Notes under the pieces: model-generated | Seen by the model: only the letters and a program-made list of their open reading frames with translations | Database searches by the model: none | What the model was told of the DNA's origin: nothing | NCBI GenBank assembly: GCA_973895155.1 | Contig: OZ316893.1 | Coordinates: 28,282,210 to 28,346,209 of the forward strand | DNA: 64,000 bases | Source of the DNA: Marsupella aquatica | Taxonomy: Eukaryota; Plantae; Marchantiophyta | Reading direction: 5' to 3' | Made by a program: the position numbers and the translations under genes | Part shown: positions 1 through 13,682 of the stretch, piece by piece | How the letters are laid out: each line of letters opens with the position of its first letter | Numbering within the stretch: position 1 is the stretch's first letter

Positions 1-985
1 GGCTCAGGAGGCAGCGGGATAACCGCTCCCACTTGGGCGGCTCTGGCGAGCATGCCAGGCATTAGTGGCGAAGTAGGATTAAAATAGAGTTAGGAGTAGC
101 TAAATCAGGCTATAGGGACAAGCGCTTGCCCTAGTTAAAGCGGTGCTGCCATACTGTCCAGCCTGCGTAGATTAGAATCTTTAGGGTTTAGGGTTTAAGA
201 CAAGCCGTTTTCCGGCCCCGTTTCTGGCCTGATAGCCAGCTTAGTTAGGATCTTAGTTAGTGAATATTTGTGCTTGAGGCCACTCCGGTCCTCAGCCCTT
301 AGTATTTAGTGCACCCCTCGGTAGAGGAAGGAGGAGTTTTTAGTCTCAGAGTTGGACATCCGCGGTATGTGCGGGGAGTCCCAACCTTTGTGGGTGAAAG
401 AGTACCAAGGGGAGGGGGTAGGACTAAGCTCGCGGGGCGAGTGCAAAGCCGGGCTCCGTTTTAGTGTACACCCTCGGCCTTGGACCTGTTCATTCAACAA
501 CTTTTGGGTCAACTAAGTGTATGTGTATGTCCACCTATGTAGTAAACTCCTTCCCCATTATTTCCTTTGTGTAAATCAAGATTGTATGCTTGTGTGTGTG
601 TATATGTGTGAATCTCGTGTATGGGTGCCAACGCTTGGCCAAACGCACTACCCGAGCCGTGCACGGGGTGCAGCTTGCGGGTAAGTGGTTGCGAGCCCGG
701 GTTGAGTGCCCGTATCATCGAATCCGGATCGAAGGCGGATAACACAAAGGCTTAGAAGCCCGTAAGCCGGGGTCAATCCTGTGATTGACTAAGGTACGTT
801 CCGGCGGTGGAACACAAATCATACCTAGGAGGTGTCCGTAAGTAACAATAGTCAGACGCACTTAGCGCTAGTTTACATGAGTTAGGTGCATTTCTTGCGT
901 CTCTCCCTGCCCGAACCCTCATATTTACGAAGGATGTGCCCGTCTAAGCCGAAGCCTGGGATAAGGCCCAGTTGACGACGTGACA
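1..985. mobile_element. Probable LTR terminus of a retroelement nested in the Gypsy RT below
   Basis: Non-coding stretch ending ...GACGACGTGACA at 985 (reverse complement TGTCACG..., a typical LTR end). It abuts the RT ORF, which starts abruptly mid-domain (MVKIFHDYL..FIDD). The other LTR end is not visible. Confidence 0.45.
180..196 (+). repeat. Short interstitial plant telomere motif (TTTAGGG)2+
   Basis: TTTAGGGTTTAGGGTTT read directly. Confidence 0.7.
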
Positions 986-986
986 A

Positions 987-2615
987 ATGGTGAAAATTTT
1001 CCATGACTACTTGAGAAAGTTCATGGAAATCTTCATTGATGACTTTGCAGTGTTTGGGAAGGCATCGAAACATGCTATATACCTCAGGAAGACCTTCATG
1101 AGATGCAGAGAGGTAGGTCTCAAGTTACACCCAGATAAATGTTTCTTTGGAGTAACGGAGGGTGTGCTGCTAGGTCACAAGGTATCAAAGAAAGGCATTG
1201 AGATTGACAAGGGTAAGCTAGCAGTATGGCTAGATATCATGCAACCTAAGAACATAAAGGATGTAAGATCCTTCTTGGGGTGCATTGGCTATTATCGCCG
1301 GTTCATCAAGGATTTTTCCAAGCTAGCTTTACCATTGACTAACATGCTCAAGGCAGGTGCAGACTTCGAACCCACACTAGAGCTAGTAATAGCAGTGGTG
1401 GAATTAAAGCAAATGTTAGTTGAGGCCCCAATCATGATAGCACCAGACTGGAACAAAGATTTTTATGTCTTTGTAGATGTCTCAGGCTTCTGTATCGGCT
1501 CAGTACTAAGTCAGTTGGATAAGAAAGGAAGGGACCATCCCATACACTTTGCAAGCTTCCAGCTTGCCGATGCCGAACGAAACTACTCCACAACAGAAAG
1601 AGAAGCATTAGGAGTCATTTATTCATGTAAAAAGTTTAGGCATTATTTGCTAAAGTACAAAGTAATCTTTCATACTGATCATGAAAGTTTGAAATACCTA
1701 GTGAATAAGCCGGACCTTACAGGCAGGGTAGCAAGGTGGATATTGCTATTACATGAATTTGACTACAAGCTAAAAATCAAGCCGGGAAAGCTACACGCCA
1801 ATGCCGACTTCTTTTCAAGGATCACAGGCGAACCCGCCATGGATTGCATCAATGATAGATTCCCCGACAAGAAGCTATTCGTTGTGGAAGTAACTGATAC
1901 GTAGTACCCTAAGATTTTACAATTTCTCAACACATCCAGAGTACAGACAGGACTAAGCCAAGAGCAAGCCGCCATCTTTTTGCAGAAGGTCAGACAGTAT
2001 CAGTGCATTAAGGGCGTGCTACACAGGTATGGAATCAGCGGAACGATTCAAAGGTGTTTGGAGAAGGGAGAGGTAAAACGAGTCCTACGGGCTATGCATG
2101 AAGAGGAGGCCGGAGGACATTTGCTCCAGTAACCAACAGTAACCACGTCTAAAAAGATCTTAGATGCCGGTTACTGGTGGCCCACCTTACACAAGGATGT
2201 CTATCAGTTTATCAAACAATGTGATCCTTGTCAGCGAGCGGGAGGACCAAGGGCGGCCATGAGACATCCACTGCACCCTATTCTACCTCTGGCACCATTT
2301 GAGAAATATATGGGGTATTGATTACATTGGAACTCTGAAACCATTGACCCATCCTTGGAGAAACAAGTACATAATCCTAGCCACGGATTATGCAACTAAG
2401 TGGGTAGAGGCCAGGCCAACAACGAAGGACGATGCAATTACTACAGCTCAATTCATGTATGAGCAGATCTTCACCAGGTATGGCGCACCCCTAGAGTTAG
2501 TTAGTGATAGAGGAACCCATTTTCTGAATGATATAATCAGTCGCTTAAATGAGCAAAATTTAGTTAGGCATAGGCCTACTACTCCTTACCACCCAAAAGC
2601 AAATAGGTTGACAAA
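987..2615 (+). pseudogene. Ty3/Gypsy pol relic: RT C-terminal part, RNase H, integrase Zn finger and core
   Basis: FIDD RT motif; RNase H motifs VDVSGFCIGSVL, NYSTTEREALG, TDHESL. After a TAG at 1902 the reading continues into GYWWPTLHKDV..CDPCQR, then after a frameshift WGIDYIG...DYATKWVEA...VSDRGTHF...YHPKAN. Truncated at both ends. Confidence 0.93.
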
Positions 2616-2639
2616 ACTGTGGATCCAGTATGCATGGGA

Positions 2640-4112
2640 ACACATGCAAGCACCAGGTATATTGAACCCTGGCATTTGACATGAATGTTCTTGTCAACAA
2701 TTGCTCTGAACATAATCCCAGGTCCAGACTCTCATTGTGCCCCCGATTGTGCCTCCTCTTTCTTGTACAGATAAAACTATTGCGGCTGAGCGGCTTGTCT
2801 GAGTCCCAAGCTTCTTCAGATTTACTGAACTCAGTATGGTAGTATGGTGGGCGGGCTTGCATTTGAGCAAGCACTGTGGCCCGAGCCTGATACACCATTG
2901 GCTAACGTGACTTTGTTTCTCCTACATGATCCAGTGGAGGTGGATTTAGTAAAACTCTTGGAGTTACCAAAGGAGCAGGCGTTACCTGAGGAGCAAGAGA
3001 CTTTTAGCTATGCCCATTATGAGAAGGTATTGAAAGAGATTTTTGTCAAAGTTGAGAGCACCCCTCACTTGATCAGCATTGGAATGACTGGCTTGTTGAA
3101 ACTAGGAGATGAAATGTTTTCACTTAAGGCTAATATGACTCTCTACAAATTGGGCCAACTCCACTCCTGAAAATGGCAAATCCACCAGCCTTTGAGAGAA
3201 GAGATGGGGCTGATTTGTAGCTTGACAGAAAAGAGTCATTTGTGGATAAGATGTGGAAGAGGGGAAGGCGGTCAGAAAATTCACAGAGAAGTTCAACTAC
3301 GACTCAGGCCCCTGTCACTGCATCTCCCTTTGTCAGAATTGTTACTGTTCGAGAGTCTGATCAAAAGAAACTTGACAAGGCAGCTTTGGCTTGTATGGAT
3401 CTGAACCAAGAGCATGAATGGCATCTCACAATATCAATGGGGTAATTGTAACGTGCGAGCAAACAGTAAAAATTTTACTCGCAAGAGCAAAAAAAATTCC
3501 TGCATGACCCCTATTTTTCTACATGCAACTGCCTCGCTATCAACTACTTGGTTGGTAACATCCCTTTTGGGGACTCCCTTTTTGCTAGCGAGCTCGCTAG
3601 CCATCTGCAGCCTTTAAAAAAACACAAAAAATGTAAAAGGGACCAAAAAGTAACTGAAATTTGGAATCATTATTGTCTCGCTATCAAAATCTCCTCGCTA
3701 TCAAAATCTCCTGTTTGCTCGCAACATAGAATACCTCATATCAATGGGGCGGTACAAGAAGTCTACAAAACCAGTTAGCAGTCAGAAGGGTAAAAACATT
3801 GATACTGAGAATATTGATCCAAGTGCAACACAGGTTAGCCAAAACAATGCCAGGCTCCTTCCAAAGATGAAACCAGTTGGAGAGAGAAAGGCCCCTGTCA
3901 GACGAGCACCTAAAGCTCCCGTTCAAAAGAAGGGCCCTGCTCAAGGTGGTAGGAAAGTTGTAGGAGAGCAGACAAGTGTGGCTTCAGTGAGTCCTGTGTG
4001 CCTGACTCAGCTGTCAAATGTTGGCATGGGACCTTCAGGACACTCTAGTATTTATCAGGAAAGCCAGCTTGGGCAATTCCCAGTCTCTTACGTAGAAGAG
4101 ATAAAGGATTAG
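2640..4112 (+). pseudogene. Disrupted ORF of unknown family, split by a MITE
   Basis: Consecutive + strand ORF pieces (2844-3170, 3242-3445, 3744-4112). ...WHLTISMG and MGRYKKSTK... join in frame when the 3440-3737 insertion and one TSD copy are removed. Confidence 0.5.
3440..3737. mobile_element. MITE / non-autonomous TIR element (Mutator- or hAT-like)
   Basis: Imperfect TIRs with perfect core GCGAGCAAACAG (3455) / CTGTTTGCTCGC (3711). Flanked by the direct repeat ATATCAAT(G) at 3431 and 3738 (8-9 bp TSD). Central perfect palindrome GCTAGCGAGCTCGCTAGC near 3583-3600. Confidence 0.8.
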
Positions 4113-4992
4113 ACTTGATGTACAAGGCATTGTTTTTGGCATTTCCCGTTCGAAGAATACAATGGAAATTTTATCAAGTACTATCATTTTATTGTAGATT
4201 CATTGTCCAATTTCATTTCTGATTTCATTGTGGATTTATTGTCAGATTGTTCGAATGAGTTGGTAGTTGGCTGTCTAGTATCGTTTGCATATATTGGGCT
4301 GCTACTTGGTCAATACCAGCATGAGAAATAAGTTGAACTGTCCAAGATATACAGCAGCCGATAGTTGCATGTGGTGGTGAGGAATTTGTAATCCTTGTTT
4401 GAAATTCAATTGGCTGAATTATGTCACGAATAGATTGCGTGACCAATCTCGACTCTGCCCACTTTCCCTGGTCGATTCCACACAAGCAGAAAAATTAACA
4501 TAGAGCGCAATCCAAATATGCGGACGTTCGTCGCCATGCCTAACTTAAATCGGCGCACATTCATCGCCGCGTCCAATTTTACTCGGGGCACATTCGTTGT
4601 CCCCCTTGCACAAACGCAAAAACAAAAACCTAGTGTAAAGCGCATTCCCGATGACATCCCTTAATCAATTTAAAACTGAGTGAAAAGGTAGATTGAAGTC
4701 AACGAATAATTCGTGTACATACGGGCACGGGCAGCGAGAGTGTGACATACTGGCCTGAAAACTGACAAAGGGGAAACCACCATAAGGGAAAAAACGGGGC
4801 CCTCTTTCCGGGGTGGGGGAGAACCGCGGCAGAGTTGACGACTCCTCTCCCTGAATAATGTTTCGGGGGGGGGGGGGGGGCGGGGCGCAAAGGAGTGTGT
4901 CAGCTTAATAATGGAAGTGTGGGGCCATATTATTATTGTCCTTCTCGCAACTGCCCACATGACTCCAACCAGCTGTCACGAATTCAGCACGA

Positions 4993-5512
4993 AAAGCAAT
5001 CTCGAGGCTCAAAGCAATCTCGAGGCTCATAAAGAGCCTCCCGTACCTGACTGCCCACATTCCCTGCCCGAGCAAGCTGTTCGTGTTTGTCGCGAATGGT
5101 GACACTATTTTTCTAAGTGGACACAATTTTCTAAAGTGTCACTAGCGTTTGAATGAACCCCACTTTTGGGTCTCGAGGTTCATAAAGAGCCTCCCGTACC
5201 GGACTGCCCACATTCCCTGCCTGAGCAAGCTACTCGTGTTTGTCACGAATGGTGACACTATTTTTCTAAGTGTCGCTAGCATTTGAATGAACCCCACTTT
5301 TGGGTGGGGTTATTATTAAAAGTATCATGAGTTGCCAGGAATTGACCCCAGACCTGTCGCTCCCCACTCAGACGCTCTACCATCGAGTCCCTAACCCACT
5401 AGCGTTTGAATGAACCCCACTTTTGGGGGGGTTATTGTTAAAAGATCATGTGCTGCCAGGAATTGACCCCAGACCTGTCGCTTCCCACGCTCTACCATCG
5501 AGTCCCTAACCC
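4993..5512. repeat. Local tandem duplications upstream of ALDH7B
   Basis: CTCGAGG(C/T)TCATAAAGAGCCTCCCGTACC...TTTGAATGAACCCCACTTTTGGG occurs twice, followed by ...GCCAGGAATTGACCCCAGACCTGTCGCT...GAGTCCCTAACCCA twice. Confidence 0.8.
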
Positions 5513-6278
5513 AGTGATGACCACTTCTGGTCGCATATAATATTTAGCCTAATAAGATCATCGGTTACAGCGGGCAGCACGGGCTAATCATTGCTAAGTA
5601 GCATTGATTAGCCTCGATATTACTTTTCGTCCTGCCACGATCCCGTACCTTATGCTCTTCCGTCTGCTGACATAGACAAATTCCCCAAACACACCATATA
5701 AACCCAACCCCAGTTAGCAGATTGATACAATTGCAGAAGCGGTGCGCGGATTTTCAGGTTCCTGAGCTGATCACCACCACCCCAGTCTGGACTGCTGCAG
5801 CTTTTTGAACGGACTTCAACCAAGTTTGTCTCCTCCCTGTCTTTCTAAGCACAATTCCATTGAGTAGCACTCCACATATCAGGCAGTTATCAATTGAACT
5901 CGAATCACTGTCATTCGGTTGTCATGCTCGCAACGAGGGAACGATGATGTTCTAGCACATACTTCGAAGACAATTTTCAATTGGAGTCTGTGGTTCTTCC
6001 GTAGTACAAACACTACTTCGCACTTAGAAACACGATTTTTGGATTGTGTGGCAATTAGCTCCATCTGTATTCATAACTTGAATTTGGAGAAGGAGAAAGC
6101 TCAGACGTACTATCTGATGTATAGCGACAGACAGATTTTGGGTCGCGGGTGAATTGCCTGAGGTTCGCTCTCACTCACGATCTTTGTTAGACGACTATGT
6201 CTTTCCATTTTAAATGGAAGGATTGTAAGCAGGGTCGTTGGTGAATGTGAAGACAGGGGAGAACAGAGGATTAAAACG

Positions 6279-9200
6279 ATGGGGTTGGATTTCGAGAGCC
6301 CCGACAACAAGTTCCTCACGACCTTGGGGTTGCGATCCCACAACTCAGGCAGCTTCGTGGGCGGACAATGGAAAGCCACCGGTCCAACCGTTAGCTCTAT
6401 CAATCCCACCACCGGCAAGGTGCACGCCTTTCGAAATTCTTATTAGGCGCCTTCCATTGAGCTCTTGAGGAATGAACGCGTCTCTCGAATTTCTTATGTA
6501 CGCGCATTCCATTGAGCTATGAGGAACGAAAGCTAACTGGGGTGAATCTGCGTGCCGAATTCCAATTGAGAGCGGAAATTTGATTAGAGTCTTCATTTTT
6601 CCCGTTCCTTAATTTCACCTTGTGTCCTCTCGTTTAACATGTGTATGCCTCATGTCTTAAAGGTGGAAGCCGGCGCGAGTTTGATTGTGCTCATTTCTAA
6701 AGTACCTTAGAATAGCAAAATGGGACTAGAAGCGTGGCTTGAATTCTCACCTTTAAGTGTACCCAAGTTCTTTTCCGTCTGTCGTTGTTGTATGTCGCAG
6801 AGGCCGCGTATGGTGACTATGTATGATCTTCTTGCAGGAAATAGCGACTGTTATAGAAGCATCGCTGGAAGATTACGAAGAAGGCCTCAAAGCTTCTGAT
6901 GCAGCCAAAACAGAATGGATGCTCGTAAGTAGACCCTCATGTGTCGGAATATGTCCATTTCACCTCCTTTCAACCAAGAATGTGATTTGTTCGTTAACGT
7001 CGGAGTTTCACATTCGTCAACCTTTTCTGAGCAATCAGCTGTGGTGACTTTTTAAATTCGTAGTACTCTGAATTTGTAGCCAAGATGAGGGCCACGGGTC
7101 TTTTGGCTTTCCTGCTGTAACGCATAGGACATACGCGTTACGCTTTGTGTAGACGCCAGCACCCAAGAGAGGCGAGATTGTCCGGCAGCTTGGAGAGGTG
7201 TTCCGTGCCAAGGTGGTCGAACTTGGAAGACTTGTTTCTTTGGAGATGGGCAAGATTCTGCCCGAGGGCATTGGAGAAGTGCAGGTAATTTCCCTGTATG
7301 GGCAACCTCCAATCTGGGAAACGTGTACATTAGTGGTCCGGTTATACGTTTTTCTCCGGATGGTCTATCTTGCGCGAATTTGTCAACGGAACAATCTACT
7401 GTCAAGTCTGACGATCAACTTTGTCTGGGAATGTTGGTCAGGAAATCATCGATATGTGTGACTTCGCAGCGGGTCTTAGCAGACAGATTAACGGTTCTGT
7501 TATCCCCTCAGAACGTAAGGAAGATTACTAACTTAGACATTTACTGGATTTTGTGGTACAATGCACTTGTGTGTCCTTGAGAAGATCATGATCATTGAGG
7601 CGATTGCAATGATGATATTTAAATCAGGTGAACCTGATAACAATGTTACGGATGTGCAGGTCTAAACCATGCCATGTTTGAGGTTTGCCACACTTTCCTA
7701 CTATCACCTGTTGTTTAGTATCTTCATTGATAAATTGGGTACAGAAATGCGTGGATGTCCTCATCTTTCGTTGTAAGGGTCTAGTGTTTTCATCTCCTAG
7801 CGTGTAATACTTATTAATGCGCCCCATTGATTTAGAATGTCATTCTTTTTGTCGTCGTAATCAGATGTCCTTATTTTTTTGGCACTCTGGGCAGTTCTGG
7901 AACCCACTGGGTATTGTTGGTGTGATCACATCCTTCAACTTTCCCTGCGCGGTCCTCGGTACGAATTGTCTTCAAAACTTCTATTCACATGAAGTGTCCA
8001 AGAAGCTGCTGAAGGACTAAATAAAACTTTTTCCATATATGATACACCTGAATAGCCTGATTTGGTCACAAACTTAATGGTTCAAACTGCCTGATCTTGA
8101 ACCGGTGTAGCTTTTCTTCACTGTATTTTACATCAACGTGTTTGGGTGTCCAGATTAGAGAAAGAAGCAAAGGTGTATATTGTAAAATCTGTCTCTTGCA
8201 GGATGGAATGCCTGCATTGCAATGGTTTGTGGCAACGCTGTTGTATGGTAAGTACTTGTTAGGCGGGTACAAAGTTGGCCCGTTGTTTGTGCTTCCAAAT
8301 TACTTAATAACAAGTCCAGTGATTTAAATACGCCATCTGTGAAACGTTAGACCTAGACATTCCTAATGATACATTCCTAATGATTTCATTATTCAAAGAC
8401 AAGTGATAGACCTGTAAAGGCAACATCGTCAAATGCTTAGAGAAAACTAACTTACTTTCTTGTCTTTCAAGATGGACGTATAGGATGGAACGAAGAAAAC
8501 ATGTTCATCTAATGATGAACCGTCAGAGTATTCGACTTCATGTAGAAATCTTAGGTGTCCGCGACTTTTTGTCGTACTTGATCGAGTATATTGTTTCTTC
8601 AGTTTGACCTGTGCCTGTCTACTGACTCTGTTGCTGCAGGAAAGGGGCTCCCACAACACCTTTGATCACCATAGCAGTGACGAAAATGTTTCAAGAAGTT
8701 CTGGAGAAGAATGGATTGCCCGGAGCTATTTTTACAGGTTTGTGTGGAGGAGCTGACATTGGACAGAAGATTGCTCACGACCGACGGATTGCACTTGTCT
8801 CTTTCACTGGTAGCACGAAGGTACTGAATGCTACAAACTCCATGGATGACTATTTTTCGATGTGTCAGCTCTGGGCGGTTTCTAGACATTGCTTGCTTCT
8901 TCGTTGCAACAAGGAGTGGGGCAGACAACAGCTCTCCTCTGTGACAAGATTTGGCCCGTAAAACACCCTTCTAGCTTTGATTTTGGTTTCTTGTGCTTTC
9001 AGGTGGGCCAGGCAATACGAGAGGCAGTGAGTGCTCGTTTTGGCAAGTGCCTGCTAGAGCTTAGTGGGAACAATGCTATCATTGTCATGGAGGATGCTGA
9101 TTTAACGATTGCAACCCGTTCTATCCTTTTCGCATCTGTTGGTACAACTGGCCAACGCTGCACTACCTGCCGCCGTCTGGTATTTTCCACTTCCCCATTT

Positions 9201-10643
9201 TCAGCCGAAATACCCCTTTTGCATGGCATCCCCTATATCAATAGGGTAGTGTTTCTGTAATAGATTTTCTGTTATCAGCCAGCAAGAAAGAATTTGACCT
9301 CAAACACGAGCAGATGCGCTCATTCGGCTGCTAGAGACATTTCTAACATTTTTTTCTGATGCTTCAACCAGTTAATACACGAGTCGATCTACAAGGAGAC
9401 TCTTGACAAACTTTTGAAGTCATATGCGCAAGTCGAAGCTGGTGACCCACTTGTTGAAGGCACTCTTCTTGGTCCTCTCCATACTAAAACTGGTGTAAAT
9501 GCCTACAAAGGCGGCATTTTGAAAATCAAAGAACAGGTCCATTCTCTTGGGAAGTCCTTCTCTGTCGCCATTTCAACAATGTCGCTTTAAAGTGTGAATT
9601 CATTTCGTATTTAAAAACCGAGAATCTGATTTCTGTCGTGGCATTTCAATGTGTCAGGGTGGAGTGATCCTAACTGGTGGATCCGTAATTGAGCGGGACG
9701 GGAATTATGTGCAACCTACCATCGTGGAAATAGCTCACGATGCTACTATCGTCCAGGAAGAATTATTCTGTCCGATTCTCTATGTATTCAAGTTCAAGGT
9801 AAATTCATTCGGCTAGTATATCAGTATCATGATACAGTCGTTTAGAAGGATTGTTGGGCGATACTCCTGGAATAGTACTGTTGCACGATATTAGAGTGCT
9901 GTTACACCAAAACGTTTTAGTAAAATAATAATAAGTCAAGATGCCTTGCAGACATTTGAGGAAGCAGTCAAGCTGAACAATTCCGTGCCACAAGGGCTGA
10001 GCAGCTCCATCTTCACCAAAAGCCCGGAGAACATTTTCAGGTGGACTGGGTATGTAACAATATGTTAAACTTACCTTTGGATTTACGGAAATCTCTCCTT
10101 CAATTTTTTTTGTATCAAAGTCTTCCTTGTTGACTTAGCACGACTTCAGCTCATGGATGACTTTAAGAAGTAACGTTCGATTTAACATGGTTGGGTTGTT
10201 TACCTGGAACTCGTGCAGGCCTGCAGGAAGTGACTGTGGTATTGTGAATGTCAACATTCCCACCAATGGAGCAGAGATCGGTGGTGCCTTTGGAGGTGAA
10301 AAGGCAACCGGGGGTGGAAGAGAGTCGGGTAGTGACTCGTGGAAACAATACATGAGAAGATCAACTAGGTGAGCGAATTCACCTCTCCTTAGTTCGTTCT
10401 TCTCATCTCCATTTTTGTGCTGGAATACGCTATATACTATTAGTTTCATATGGCCTCCTGAGATTCTAAATTCTGGCTTTATTGGATGAAATTGGGGGTG
10501 TGATACAGTCTTGTCTCCCGTGTTTGATGTATCTGCATATATATGTATTTCTCGTGGACTCAAGAACTTTGGGTTGTTGCAGCACAATCAACTATGGCCG
10601 GGACCTACCACTTGCACAGGGAATCAGCTTTGGGGGCGACTAA
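6279..10643 (+). CDS. ALDH7B: Aldehyde dehydrogenase family 7 member B (antiquitin), 14 exons, about 512 aa
   Basis: Exons read by eye with GT-AG boundaries: 6279-6419, 6838-6924, 7153-7284, 7442-7514, 7660-7682, 7895-7958, 8202-8247, 8640-8820, 9003-9179, 9372-9536, 9658-9798, 9952-10049, 10219-10368, 10583-10643 (1539 nt, open). Motifs [45 protein letters not shown] (catalytic Cys), [41 protein letters not shown]. Confidence 0.97.
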
Positions 10644-11339
10644 ATCAGCGATACTTTCGCTGGGATCTTGCCAAGAAGGATGTTGACCTGGTTCTAGACT
10701 TTGGACTAGTGCATCCTAGCTTTATAGATGCGGCTCGGGAAATTGAATAAAACAAATCTTTGACTCTGTTTCAATTCCGTGCGTCCTTCAAGCGACTGAA
10801 GATGTTGTGAATAAGCTTTGCTTTTCCATGTAATTACTCCAAGCAGAATTATCATTTTGCCTCGCCCCCTTTTTTCATTCGGCAAGAGTTTGTGTCAAGG
10901 ATTGATTCTTACCTTTGGAGCAAAGAAACCTTTTCTTTTGCGGGGCTTCTGATTCGAAATGCTTCACATCCCTTTGAAAGTGCCCTGTTTCAGCCTTTAC
11001 AACTCCGTGATTGCACGAAGAAGCAAAGGGATCATAAGACTTGTGGAAAAGTGGACTGGAGACAGAAAGTTGATCATAAATTGAACTCATGGCTGGAACA
11101 AATGAGGGTTGTCAGATCACACTCATAGCGGGACACATAGGACTCCTCATACCCCTGAGGCCCATACTCAGCCCTCAGTCATACTGGATGAAAATAGGAT
11201 TACTTCATGTAACTGCTGTGCTTACAATAGATGCTTGTGATGTATATTTTGCTGTAATTGATACATGGATATGTACACTTATAGATGGAAACGTATTTAT
11301 GAATTTGTCATTTAGTGAGGGCAGACCTGCACTTATGAA

Positions 11340-12589
11340 AACTGTATATATCTTCTCTGCACAGCGCGTGCAATGAGGCCGGTCTTCAGGCCATTTCAGG
11401 GTATTTAGGGAGCGCGGTGCATGGTCTCCTACATGCAGTGCACGGTCTCGACGTTTCAACATTTGGACTCCCACAACATTATTATTAAAACCTTTAAACT
11501 CCGCTAGTATTGATTAGGGTGACTTACGGGTGGTTGCCGTAGGCTCCCATAACATTATTTTTTAAGTGTTCATACACCACTAGCATTCATTGTGACTCAC
11601 TTGTAGTCCCGCACTCCCATAACATTTCCAATAAAAGTCTTTTGCAGCTATAACATTCATGTTGAAACCATTGGACTCCGTTAGCATCAAAAGTGTCACC
11701 ATTCAATTAGGTTCGTGAGAAATACAAAGGAAACAAAGCTTGGTCAATGCTTCTAGAATTCCTGTACCAGCCTTCAAATGTGCTCGTCACCTTCAAATTC
11801 CCTTCTGCATTATTGTTGGGTCGGTATTTTGGTCGGGAAGCATTGGCCTTCGAGAATTCCTGTTGCTGGCCTTCAATCTGGTCCTTGACTGTGCTCGCCA
11901 CCTCCAAATTCCCTTCAATCTGCATCTTGAATCTTGCGTTGCTTGGATGGCGTACTGACGTCGTCAATAATTGCAGCAAGTGATGGATTAGAGTCGTTGT
12001 CGGATGCAGTCTTTGAGCGAAGGCGTTTCCGAATGGTTACGGTTTTTATGCTTACTGGTGGCAGTGCATCGTGAATCTTGTGTCGCTTGGATGGCGTACT
12101 AACGTTGTCAATAATTGCAGCAAGTGATGGATTCGAGTCGTTGTTGGATGCAGTCTTCGAGCGAAGGCGTTTCCGAATGGTTGCGTTTTTTATGCTTACT
12201 GGTGGCAGTGGCGTGGCGTGGTTTCAGGCCGAGTGTGCAGTGATGGAGCTTCTCTTCTGTACAACATCCATGGTTGCGGTATTCATGCCTTGCTACTCAC
12301 CTCCATCTGTGTTGCAACTCCATTCAGACACTCCTAGGACCCAAATTGCCTTCACTGTCCAACCCACCATACAAGACTCTTATGTAAAGGTTGTGTCTCA
12401 CATGCGATGCATGGTATGTCTCCAAGTTTCAGCATATGGACTCCCACAACATTTCTGGTTAAAGTGGAGGCTCCCATAACATTTCCGGTTAAACTGTAGA
12501 CTCCCATAGCTTTCATGTTGAAACCTTTAAACTCCGTTAGCATCAAATGTGTCACCATTCAATTTTGGACGTGGGAAATGAGATACAAA
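11340..12589 (+). repeat. Module A, copy 1 (terminal direct repeat)
   Basis: Near-identical to 59498-60619. This copy has an extra internal duplication of about 145 bp around 11940-12205. Confidence 0.92.
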
Positions 12590-13682
12590 TTAAAGAAGAC
12601 CAGGCTTCCTGATTAGAACTAATTCACTCTATACAGTTGTGATATATTATTTACTCTCTAGACTCAATGCTAATCCACACCCGGGTCTATGCCCGATCCG
12701 CCTCAAACTCTTGGGCCCGTAATGCCAGGTGTTGTAATTCAACTTCCTCCCGTTGTTGCTGCTCCTCAGCCTACGCCTGCCAAAAAGCTGCCTTCTGCCT
12801 TGCCTTATACTCCACCCCTTGGCACACTTGTAGGACCTCGCGATCCGGCCGTTCCTTTTGATGTGTGGGATGTCGAGTTCCTACTTCACGAATGTTGAAT
12901 TGTGTTACCAGGTTGTCAAAATAATGGGGCCGTGATGCAGAACAAGCGGTCGGTAAGTGCCTATAGGAGAAGCAAAAACAACACTGACCGCAGATTCCTG
13001 CCCACGTAGTCGAAGAGGATAGTAGACACCTCGGAGTCACTAAGCCGTTGGGAAAATCTTGAGTGTGGATTCCACCAGAGCTGAAATGTGATGATGCTCA
13101 ATACCGGAGGCTAGCTTAGCCCGAGTAAATTTACCCACCGGCGCCTCAATGAACTTGATAAATTCATAGATCACCGGGTCGCCCCATTTGATGTAGATAG
13201 ATTCCAACTGGTTGAAGTCTGGTTGGTTACACGGGTCAAAGTTTGCTTTGTAGTCATTCACTACGGCATGTTTGTCAAGTGCCTTGAGAGGAGATCTTTG
13301 GAGCAGTTGTCGTTGGATGTCCATACCAAGACAAAACTTTTTCATATTTTTTGACAGAGCGTGAAAGCAGCCTTCAAATTAACTTACTGCCACTTCTGTC
13401 GCATTATAGTTCTAGCTCTCCTGCTATCTTCCTTTGTACCCGTCTCTTCTCTCTTCTGGTTGGAATTGTTGCTTGACTTAGCATTTCCTTCATATCCGCA
13501 AGCAATGGCGGGCAATTTTCTCTCTATAGCCACCGTACCGTAATCTATGCAAACCCAAAAAAGCTAACAAACGTCCTGCAAATAGACGAATGCCTATGGC
13601 CTCCCAAGACTGGCCAAGACACAAAAAACTGTTGAGCACCTCACGTCTTGCAATTTTCTTACAAGTTTTTGCTGGAAATCTC

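Noticed and set aside
180-196. Chromosome end or telomere
   Set aside because: Only about 2.5 TTTAGGG units inside TE-like sequence.
882-1073. GLDGHILR peptide resembling GMDGHILR in the 1652-aa protein
   Set aside because: Six-residue match with no flanking similarity; treated as chance.
4865-4885. Poly-G run as a functional element
   Set aside because: A simple homopolymer with no supporting context; its length may be a sequencing artefact.
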